Positions 34,074-41,305 of a stretch of DNA of 64,000 nucleotides are shown in pieces. Under the pieces are notes generated by a model. That model was not told the origin of the DNA and searched no databases. It worked only from the letters and a program-made list of their open reading frames with translations. The position numbers and the translations under genes were made by a program. Each line of letters begins with the position of its first letter. Positions within the stretch are counted from its first letter, which is position 1. The DNA is from a virus: IMG/VR virus record IMGVR_UViG_3300043446_000617, positions 4,219 to 68,218 of that record, one strand, 5' to 3'.

Positions 34074-34912
34074 GTAACCCATTTGAGATTATTGAACCGA
34101 CCTGCATTAGCTTCTCAGGAGGCAGAACATCGGCATTCATGCTTTACAAGATACTAGAGGCTCACGACATGAGCCTGCCAGAGGAAGCAATCGTCTGTTT
34201 TGCCAATACAGGCAAGGAATGTGAGGAAACCTTAGAGTTTGTCCATGCCTGCGAAACAAATTGGGGTGTAAAGATTAACTGGCTTGAATACAAAGCTCAC
34301 GAAATCCCAAAAGAGCGTTTCAGAGTCGTTACCTATGAAACTGCAAGTCGTAATGGCGAACCTTTTCTTGAGTCAATCAGCCAACATGGGAAATTTAATC
34401 TTCCAAACCCTGTTGCCAGGTTCTGCACAATTAACATGAAGATTCGTGTCATCCATCACTTTTTAAAGTCTTTGGGTTGGCAACATAACGAAAACATGGA
34501 CTGGGTTGGCATTCGAGCAGATGAACAAAGACGAGCCGCTAAGATTGACCGAAGCAGGACACCTTTGGTTGCAGCAGGAATCACAAAGGAAGATGTTGGG
34601 AAGTTTTGGAAAAATCACTCTTTCGACCTTAAATTGCCAAATAACAATGGGGTAACGATGCATGGAAATTGTGATTTGTGCTTTTTAAAACCTGCTCACC
34701 AAATCCAGTCCCTGATCCAAGAAAAACCTGAAAGAGCATTATGGTGGATGAAAGTAGAAGAGCTTGCAAGTGATTCAAGCCAGACCTATGGCGATGGAGC
34801 AAAGTTCCGCAAAGACCGCCCAAGTTATGCAGAAATGCACAAATATGCATTGGCTCAGACAGATATGTTTGACCAAAACGAAGAGGGAATTGCTTGTTTT
34901 TGTGGTGACTAA
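34070..34912 (+). CDS. PAPS-reductase-family (PP-loop) protein
   Basis: SFSGGRTS, FANTG.E, GIRADE..R, GNC..CF; second unit only. Confidence 0.8.
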   Translation: MSNPFEIIEPTCISFSGGRTSAFMLYKILEAHDMSLPEEAIVCFANTGKECEETLEFVHACETNWGVKINWLEYKAHEIPKERFRVVTYETASRNGEPFLESISQHGKFNLPNPVARFCTINMKIRVIHHFLKSLGWQHNENMDWVGIRADEQRRAAKIDRSRTPLVAAGITKEDVGKFWKNHSFDLKLPNNNGVTMHGNCDLCFLKPAHQIQSLIQEKPERALWWMKVEELASDSSQTYGDGAKFRKDRPSYAEMHKYALAQTDMFDQNEEGIACFCGD

Positions 34913-34954
34913 GGGTTTTTCCTAATAGAAACCAATATAAAACAGGAATAAAGT
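34910..34954 (+). promoter_or_regulatory. Putative promoter: TAAGGGTTTTTCCTA, 24 nt, TAAAGT
   Basis: Orthologous to 1182. Confidence 0.65.
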
Positions 34955-34977
34955 GTAATTTTTAACAGGAGTGAATC

Positions 34978-35217
34978 ATGGAACATACATGGGAATTTGA
35001 TACAACAATCGGCCAAGGTAGCGAAGTCGTAACAGTCGTTTATGAATACGAAATAGACGATGACAAGTCCACCTATAACGAATCCATAAAAGAAGTCTGG
35101 TTTGAAGGTCGTGATGTCGTTGGAATCATGTCAGAAGAGGCTTGCGCTGAACTGGAAATCGAGGCAGCCATGCGCTTTCAACATCACAAACTGAACTACA
35201 AATACGAAGATGTATGA
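34978..35217 (+). CDS. Acidic hypothetical protein
   Basis: Homologue at 1250. Confidence 0.8.
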   Translation: MEHTWEFDTTIGQGSEVVTVVYEYEIDDDKSTYNESIKEVWFEGRDVVGIMSEEACAELEIEAAMRFQHHKLNYKYEDV

Positions 35218-35675
35218 GAAAGCGTGTTAAACGCCAAGTATGGGCATTGATTAACCCGCTAGTCCATGCGCTAGAGGGCGCTACCATTGCACCAAGGGAT
35301 AAGTTGGACAAACTTAGACTCACAGAATACTCAGCCCTAGATTCAATCACCAAGGGTCAAGGAACAATCCAAGACTGGCATACCTTGACTCAGGTTTTAA
35401 ACCTTTCAGAAACAATGGCCAGGCATGGGGTTGGTAGAGACGAGGTTCTACCAGTCTGTGAGAAAGCCCAAAAAGCACTCCATGATGCAGCCTTGCGATA
35501 TCAAAAGACAATGCGTCTTGGTTTGACAGGCGAGGGGATTCAGGCAATTAGGGAACTAATCCAATATGCTGATTTACAACAATCGAGCATTAGCAGATCA
35601 GAATTTGAAAAATATATTAAGAAAACCAAAGATTATATTAAATCCAATAACCATAATGTCGTGGAAATAACATAA
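35214..35675 (+). CDS. Conserved hypothetical protein
   Basis: Homologue at 1938. Confidence 0.8.
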   Translation: MRKRVKRQVWALINPLVHALEGATIAPRDKLDKLRLTEYSALDSITKGQGTIQDWHTLTQVLNLSETMARHGVGRDEVLPVCEKAQKALHDAALRYQKTMRLGLTGEGIQAIRELIQYADLQQSSISRSEFEKYIKKTKDYIKSNNHNVVEIT

Positions 35676-35998
35676 TGGATTATCCATCTAAAGCTATTCA
35701 ATATTTAATCGATACCGCACCTTTATATGCAAAGGCTAAGGCTGATAGAATGTATTTAGAGGAATTTAGAAAATCAAGAAAAGCCCAATTGATGTCGCAA
35801 GCAGGGACAGAAGTTCTTGGAAAACAGGAAACCTTTGCTTATGCTCATCAAGATTACATTCAGATTTTGGATGGAATTAGGGCAGCAGTAGAGCTTGAGG
35901 AAAAATATCGTTGGTTAATGACCACCGCTCAAGCAAAAATATCTGTATGGCAGACAGAACAATATAATGCTCGCATGGAAGTAAAGGCAACCCAATAG
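35675..35998 (+). CDS. Conserved helical protein
   Basis: Homologue at 2572. Confidence 0.8.
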   Translation: MDYPSKAIQYLIDTAPLYAKAKADRMYLEEFRKSRKAQLMSQAGTEVLGKQETFAYAHQDYIQILDGIRAAVELEEKYRWLMTTAQAKISVWQTEQYNARMEVKATQ

Positions 35999-36300
35999 TG
36001 CATTCTAAAAACAAAGCAAAGCCCACCAATGACGAAAAAGCCCATATTGAGCGTATCAAGGGCATGGCTTGCATTGTTTGCCAGGCATCACCACCAAGTG
36101 AATGCCATGAAATAAATCAAGGCCAATGGTTTACTTCAATGCCTTTATGCGCTGATTGTCACAGAGGATCGGTTAACGGAATACATGGACAAAAAAGGCT
36201 TTGGAATGTCTACAAAATGGACGAATTGTCTGCACTGAATGAGACGATACGCAAATTGTGCGAGACAATGCCACTAAAAGGCGATAAAAGCCCCTTTTAA
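35998..36300 (+). CDS. Zn-binding HNH-like nuclease (DUF968/Ref-like)
   Basis: CIVC..ECH..LCADCH. Confidence 0.65.
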   Translation: MHSKNKAKPTNDEKAHIERIKGMACIVCQASPPSECHEINQGQWFTSMPLCADCHRGSVNGIHGQKRLWNVYKMDELSALNETIRKLCETMPLKGDKSPF

Positions 36301-36377
36301 GCGTTTTTTTAGCCCAATGCATACTTGGGTAGCATAGACGCAAAAAAAAGCCCATAAAGGCTTAAATTTCAGATATG

Positions 36378-36401
36378 AAAAAACCCTCACAATGGAGGGT
36401 T
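36378..36401 (-). terminator. Early-operon terminator
   Basis: AACCCTC-loop-GAGGGTT plus U tract on minus strand. Confidence 0.75.
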
Positions 36402-36407
36402 CTAGGT

Positions 36408-36458
36408 TTAGCGTTTAGTGAGTATTCGTAGAATTAGGGCTAGTGCAGCATAAATCAT
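36408..36458 (-). CDS. 16-aa micropeptide MIYAALALILRILTKR
   Basis: Homologue of 3299-3352; ATGA-coupled. Confidence 0.65.
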   Translation of the reverse strand: MIYAALALILRILTKR

Positions 36459-36703
36459 GGATGCTCCAAAATTGCTTCATTGTCACGATAGCATCCACCT
36501 AAACCAACCTCAATTACATAAATATCATTTTTGTATTCAATCCACCAGTCTTGGTCAATCCCAAAATCTCGTGAATGTTGAATTAATCCCTCTTTTAACT
36601 TTTCAATTGCTTTTTGTTTTGTTTCACCATATGAGGTGAAGATAAAATTATATGAATCAAATTTAGCTTTATAAAATGTAGGGCAGCCAGTATCTTTTTT
36701 CAT
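36455..36703 (-). CDS. Early hypothetical protein
   Basis: Start motif TTAATAGGACTCAACATG. Confidence 0.7.
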   Translation of the reverse strand: MKKDTGCPTFYKAKFDSYNFIFTSYGETKQKAIEKLKEGLIQHSRDFGIDQDWWIEYKNDIYVIEVGLGGCYRDNEAILEHP

Positions 36704-36714
36704 GTTGAGTCCTA

Positions 36715-37047
36715 TTAAAACTGTTGATATACAAAAGTGCCTGAATCTGTCAAACCAATGAAAATACATTGCTCCTCAAGAAAATTGATTAAATAATCAA
36801 GCATTTCGTTCTGCTCCATTCCATCGATTTCTTTTTCTAGTTTATAACCATAAACCAGCTCAGGAATGGTTTGTTCTACATATTCACAGCAAATGGCAAT
36901 TGGGTCAAACTCAATTTCTTCGCCAATATCACGTTCGTATTGCTCGAAATACTCAAACATCATAATCAGCGCCTCACGAGAGAAATTATTTGGGCGTAAT
37001 AAATCAAATTGATTGATAAATTCGTGGCAGTTAATTGTTTGTTTCAT
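36715..37047 (-). CDS. Acidic early protein (NFS.EAL..F.Y..E.DPIAICC)
   Basis: Start motif TTAATAGGTGTAAACATG. Confidence 0.75.
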   Translation of the reverse strand: MKQTINCHEFINQFDLLRPNNFSREALIMMFEYFEQYERDIGEEIEFDPIAICCEYVEQTIPELVYGYKLEKEIDGMEQNEMLDYLINFLEEQCIFIGLTDSGTFVYQQF

Positions 37048-37077
37048 GTTTACACCTATTAAAAAATTATTGAGTTA

Positions 37078-37275
37078 TTAATGCCAGGTAATGCGGATTC
37101 GTGATGATTCCCAAACCAGTAAATCCGATCTGCGAATCAATACCTCATCATCACCTTGTCGCATGAGTCGTGCATTGTCAAAGTCTAGGACAGTTGAAAA
37201 GCCTTGTGAATAGTAATGCGCAATTGCCTCTGCTCCACTAGCAAAGGTCAAGCATTCAAGCTTTTGAGTTTTCAT
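37078..37275 (-). CDS. Early hypothetical protein
   Basis: Start motif AAAAGGCGTAAACATG. Confidence 0.7.
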   Translation of the reverse strand: MKTQKLECLTFASGAEAIAHYYSQGFSTVLDFDNARLMRQGDDEVLIRRSDLLVWESSRIRITWH

Positions 37276-37296
37276 GTTTACGCCTTTTTAATAAGA

Positions 37297-37587
37297 TTAG
37301 ACAAAAATTTCTGTTGGTGCAGCTTTCAACATATCTGATAATTTTGTACTGAAATGCTTAAAGCTTTTATATAAAACATTTATTTCGTTTTTTTCTTTAT
37401 TCTCTTGATATATGCGTTCAATAATTGCATATTTATCATGAATGCAATTTAATTGTTTAGCATGATTTGTAAAAGATAAAATATTATGTCCACTTATATG
37501 AACAAGTAACTCAAGATTATCTGTCTCAATTGTTAGAGTTGGATTTCTAAGAGTTGGGACATGGCTATATTCAATTGTATATTTCAT
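37297..37587 (-). CDS. AT-rich early hypothetical protein
   Basis: Start motif TTAATAGGTGTCAAAATG. Confidence 0.65.
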   Translation of the reverse strand: MKYTIEYSHVPTLRNPTLTIETDNLELLVHISGHNILSFTNHAKQLNCIHDKYAIIERIYQENKEKNEINVLYKSFKHFSTKLSDMLKAAPTEIFV

Positions 37588-37598
37588 TTTGACACCTA

Positions 37599-37778
37599 TT
37601 AAGAATTTTTTGCAATAAGGTTAAAAGACTTGAAATAGGCACTAGCTGCCCTGTAAGTATCGGTCATGACCTTATCAACTAGTTCACCTCGTTTGTAAAG
37701 CTTCACCACATAATAGCCACTTGGGAATGTGCGCTCAAATGTTGTATAATTTCCATTCTTTTGTTCTTTGATTTTCAT
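37599..37778 (-). CDS. Early hypothetical protein
   Basis: Start motif TTAAAAGGAGTTAATATG. Confidence 0.7.
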   Translation of the reverse strand: MKIKEQKNGNYTTFERTFPSGYYVVKLYKRGELVDKVMTDTYRAASAYFKSFNLIAKNS

Positions 37779-37814
37779 ATTAACTCCTTTTAAAAAAAAT
37801 CGATAATCAGCCAA

Positions 37815-38234
37815 TCATGCACACAAGAAATCATTATAGATTTCTGGATAACAAACCCGAACATAATCTGTAGCTTTTTCCATAGCCTCATCAAGATTAG
37901 AACTAAGAATCATTTCTGGTTGGCCTTGGTCAAACAATTGAATTGCTCCATTGGTCAACAAAACAATAGTAATAATGCCATCGCCATCACAACAGTAAGT
38001 GCCAATTTCGTAGACTGTTGGGTCATCATCTAAGGCATAACCTCCAACCCAAAAATCCCAACCCTCAAATTTTTTAGGACTATAAAAGTCTGTTGGCTTA
38101 TCGCAGAGTTTGTTGGTGTTGTAGACAAAACATTGCCCAAGTCTGGTTTCTTGGATTTTTTCGCCTGTGGTTATGTCGGTATAAATCGCCCGAATGTCTT
38201 GGAAATTTACTTCTTGTTTAACCCATTTTTTCAT
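37815..38234 (-). CDS. Early hypothetical protein
   Basis: Start motif TTAATAGGTGTCAACATG. Confidence 0.7.
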   Translation of the reverse strand: MKKWVKQEVNFQDIRAIYTDITTGEKIQETRLGQCFVYNTNKLCDKPTDFYSPKKFEGWDFWVGGYALDDDPTVYEIGTYCCDGDGIITIVLLTNGAIQLFDQGQPEMILSSNLDEAMEKATDYVRVCYPEIYNDFLCA

Positions 38235-38268
38235 GTTGACACCTATTAAAAGTTGATTAAGAAAAGAC

Positions 38269-38312
38269 ATTGTAGTCAATAGTCAATGCCTGGAAAACTA
38301 GGGAAAACCCTA
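38269..38312 (-). promoter_or_regulatory. Internal early promoter: TAGGGTTTTCCCTA, 24 nt, TACAAT
   Basis: Recurrent motif and spacing; near-consensus -10. Confidence 0.7.
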
Positions 38313-38331
38313 TGATTTGGCTGCACGCCTA

Positions 38332-38427
38332 TTATTTGAATAAAACATCAAAGTAAGCCAACAACCCTACACAAAGGGAAAGGCCAACAAGAATGGCGGT
38401 TAGGATATCTTTGTGGTTGTCATTCAT
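38332..38427 (-). CDS. 31-aa membrane peptide
   Basis: MNDNHKDILTAILVGLSLCVGLLAYFDVLFK; homologue at 4661. Confidence 0.75.
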   Translation of the reverse strand: MNDNHKDILTAILVGLSLCVGLLAYFDVLFK

Positions 38428-38738
38428 GCCCATGCTCCCCAAGTCTGATTAACTTTGTTGACAAGCTCTTCCCAAGAATCTGTAGTGAAGAGGACATTGT
38501 CATACGATTCAATGTCTAAGTCTTCATCATTGATAGGGTTCAAGCAAAGGGTGAATTGTTTGCCTCCACCCTCTCTACGATTTGGGTTTTTGAAGTTAAC
38601 CCACAAAACCAAATCATGTGTAGCATTGAATTGGCTATAGAAGCTTGGGCAAACATCGTTCCGATAAGACTTATCTGTGAAGCCCTCAAGGAATGGGATA
38701 TCAAAGTCAAAAGTTGGAAATTCCGATCTGTAGCTCAT
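38424..38738 (-). CDS. Early hypothetical protein (D.S..ND.CPSF)
   Basis: Start motif TTAAAGGTGTAAACATG. Confidence 0.7.
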   Translation of the reverse strand: MSYRSEFPTFDFDIPFLEGFTDKSYRNDVCPSFYSQFNATHDLVLWVNFKNPNRREGGGKQFTLCLNPINDEDLDIESYDNVLFTTDSWEELVNKVNQTWGAWA

Positions 38739-38740
38739 GT

Positions 38741-39007
38741 TTACACCTTTAAAGATTTGATAGTTTTCACAAGAAAAGATTTTGAGGGTTCTACACAAGG
38801 GGAAAGAACGTACTTACCCGAATAATTTGAACCTTGCCATTTGCTCTCATGCTCAAAGATGAAGTCATCATAGCCAAGGGCATTGTGAACACCTTTGGCA
38901 TTAGTCTTGAATTGCAACATAAGATCGGAAACGAAAATTGCCTTTTCTGTTTCAAGATATCTATCTAAGACGAATTGTCTGATTCTTTGGACTTCTTCAA
39001 TTTTCAT
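38741..39007 (-). CDS. First early gene, hypothetical
   Basis: Start motif AATAGGTGTAAATATG. Confidence 0.7.
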   Translation of the reverse strand: MKIEEVQRIRQFVLDRYLETEKAIFVSDLMLQFKTNAKGVHNALGYDDFIFEHESKWQGSNYSGKYVLSPCVEPSKSFLVKTIKSLKV

Positions 39008-39040
39008 ATTTACACCTATTGATTGATTGAACACACAGAT

Positions 39041-39084
39041 AGGATAGCAACAAAAAAACAAAAAACTATTAGGACAAACCCTAA
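39041..39084 (-). promoter_or_regulatory. Early promoter: TTAGGGTTTGTCCTA, 23 nt, TGcTATCCT
   Basis: Orthologous to 4803-4846. Confidence 0.65.
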
Positions 39085-39128
39085 TAAAGTACAATTATTT
39101 TAAATTAATTATCAGACGAGGGAAAACA

Positions 39129-39350
39129 ATGGCTAGACCTCCCAAAATTGATACTGTTCAGTTTCGCAGAAAACTAGACAACCCTAAACGACAAATCCTT
39201 TTAACAGTTGGACAAGGGAATATTTCCCAAGGATTCGAAAACCTTTTAGCCCTTTATCAACATCTGCATTCATTGGGATACAGAATAGATGAACCTTTTG
39301 AAAGACTAGGGTTAGTTACTAACTCTGTCGGAAATAAACAACAACCCTAA
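39129..39350 (+). CDS. Small putative DNA-binding regulator (RHH-like)
   Basis: Homologue at 4892. Confidence 0.55.
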   Translation: MARPPKIDTVQFRRKLDNPKRQILLTVGQGNISQGFENLLALYQHLHSLGYRIDEPFERLGLVTNSVGNKQQP

Positions 39351-39445
39351 ACAGAGGATTGTCTACTAAGGTTAGATAAGGATAGATAGAAGGAATAAGT
39401 AAGGGTAAGACAAGCTAGTCCAAATCCAAGTACCCTAAAAAAGGT

Positions 39446-39640
39446 GCATAAGAATCATTCGCATTTACCTAAACACAAATGAGAATTATTCGCATCTAGC
39501 TGCTTACCTGGTTATTTATACAGTAGGGAAAACCCTCATGTATGCCTGGACAGTACTGGACAGATCAACAGTAGGGTAAACGAGAAGTATGGGGGGGAGG
39601 GGGTAGTCGGTGGCTTGAGATATTTGTGGTACACCCCCCA
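39446..39640. promoter_or_regulatory. Cluster of Fur-like (x2), LexA-like (x2-3) and TAGGGAAAACCCT sites upstream of terS
   Basis: AAATGAGAATTATTCGCAT; CTGGTTATTTATACAG; TACTGGACAGATCAACAGTA. Confidence 0.62.
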
Positions 39641-39674
39641 TTCAGAAAAAGCTAAAACCATCCAAGGAGGACAA

Positions 39675-40052
39675 ATGGAAGCGCGATTGAAAAGAGGAAG
39701 AGGAAGACCTAAAGGGTCGGTGAAGATGACGATACAGAGGTTTGCTGATAACCCGCCTGCTGTATTGCCTAAGACAGACCACCAGAGGCTCAAGGAGTTG
39801 AAGGAGTTGATGATCAGGAGTGGAGGTAAGGATGTTGCTCAGAAGGTCATAGAGATAGCTCTGAATGACGACCATCCACACCAATTGGTTGCTTTGAAGA
39901 TGTGCTTAGACAGGACATTGCCTATTTCCATGTTTGAAAAGGATAAGAGCCAAAGGTCTGCTGTGACGATTAACATTACAGGACTTGGTGAGCCTACTGT
40001 TATTGATACGAATCCTGATGAACCCCAAGATGTAGAGGCTAAATATGGCTGA
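39675..40052 (+). CDS. terS: Terminase small subunit
   Basis: Homologue at 5428; RBS AAGGAGG. Confidence 0.7.
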   Translation: MEARLKRGRGRPKGSVKMTIQRFADNPPAVLPKTDHQRLKELKELMIRSGGKDVAQKVIEIALNDDHPHQLVALKMCLDRTLPISMFEKDKSQRSAVTINITGLGEPTVIDTNPDEPQDVEAKYG

Positions 40053-41304
40053 CCTTAATTTCTCTCTACTACCCTGGCAACAAGAAGTCTTCAAAGACCA
40101 AACGAGGTTTAAGGTAGTGGCTGCTGGTCGTAGGTGTGGTAAGTCTAGGATGGCGGCAGTAACGCTCTTGATTGAGGGTTTAAAGTGTCCACAAGGCTCT
40201 GCTGTGCTTTATGTATCACCTACTATGGGACAGTCAAGACAGATTATCTGGGACTTGTTGTTAGACCTTGGTAGAGACATTATCCAGAACAGTCATGTGA
40301 ACAACTTGGATATCACTCTGATAAACGGAGCAAGAATCTATGTTCGTGGTGCTGACAGACCAGATACCCTTCGTGGTGTGTCTCTAACGTATGCCGTACT
40401 AGACGAGGTAGCCGATATCAAGCCTGAAGCATGGGAACAGGTTATCCGAGCATCTCTATCTGATAAACGAGGAAGAGCCTTGTTTATTGGGACTCCTAAA
40501 GGGCGTAATTGGTTCTACGATACCTTTAAATTGGGCGAGAGTGAGGATGATCCTGATTGGAAGTCCTGGCACTTCACCACCGCAGACAACCCTTTGATTG
40601 ACCAAAAAGAGATTGAATCTGCCAAGAAGACCCTGAGTTCCTTTGCTTTCAAACAAGAGTACATGGCGAGCTTTACCAATGCGGGTTCAGACATCTTCAA
40701 GGAAGAATGGATTAAGTATGGTGTTGAGCCTCAATATGGAAGCTATTACATTGCTGTAGACCTAGCAGGATTTGAAGAGGTTGCCAAACAAGCCGCTAAC
40801 TCTAAGAAGCGTCTTGATGAGTCTGCTATCTCGATTGTGAAGGTTACTGACGATGGGAAGTGGTTTGTTCAGAAGATTGAACACGGAAGATGGGACATTC
40901 GGGAGACTGCTGCCAAGATATTGGTTGCTATTCGGGACTATAGACCTTTGGCAGTAGGGATTGAGCGGGGGGCGCTAAAGAACGCTGTTTTACCCTATCT
41001 GAGTGACCTAATGCGAAAAAACAACACATTTGCGCATATCGTTGATTTGACTCATGGAAACAGAAAAAAAGCTGACAGGATAATCTGGGCTTTACAAGGA
41101 AGGTTCGAGCATGGCAGAATTGTGTTAAATTCTGAGGAAGATTGGGATGAGTTCGTAGACCAGTTAATCCTGTTCCCTGCTCAAGGAGTTCACGATGACT
41201 TGCCTGACTCCCTTAGTTACATTGACCAACTTGCTGTTACATCTTACATGGAAGAAGATGACAGTGAGGAATGGACACCAGTAGATATTATTTCAGGGGT
41301 ATAG
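40045..41304 (+). CDS. terL: Terminase large subunit
   Basis: Walker A/B and nuclease motifs. Confidence 0.95.
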   Translation: MADLNFSLLPWQQEVFKDQTRFKVVAAGRRCGKSRMAAVTLLIEGLKCPQGSAVLYVSPTMGQSRQIIWDLLLDLGRDIIQNSHVNNLDITLINGARIYVRGADRPDTLRGVSLTYAVLDEVADIKPEAWEQVIRASLSDKRGRALFIGTPKGRNWFYDTFKLGESEDDPDWKSWHFTTADNPLIDQKEIESAKKTLSSFAFKQEYMASFTNAGSDIFKEEWIKYGVEPQYGSYYIAVDLAGFEEVAKQAANSKKRLDESAISIVKVTDDGKWFVQKIEHGRWDIRETAAKILVAIRDYRPLAVGIERGALKNAVLPYLSDLMRKNNTFAHIVDLTHGNRKKADRIIWALQGRFEHGRIVLNSEEDWDEFVDQLILFPAQGVHDDLPDSLSYIDQLAVTSYMEEDDSEEWTPVDIISGV

Positions 41305-41305
41305 A

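Noticed and set aside
36455-39025. CRISPR array or integron cassette array
   Set aside because: Repeats are short, degenerate and RBS-centred, spacers are whole genes, and there are no attC-like palindromes, cas genes or integrase.
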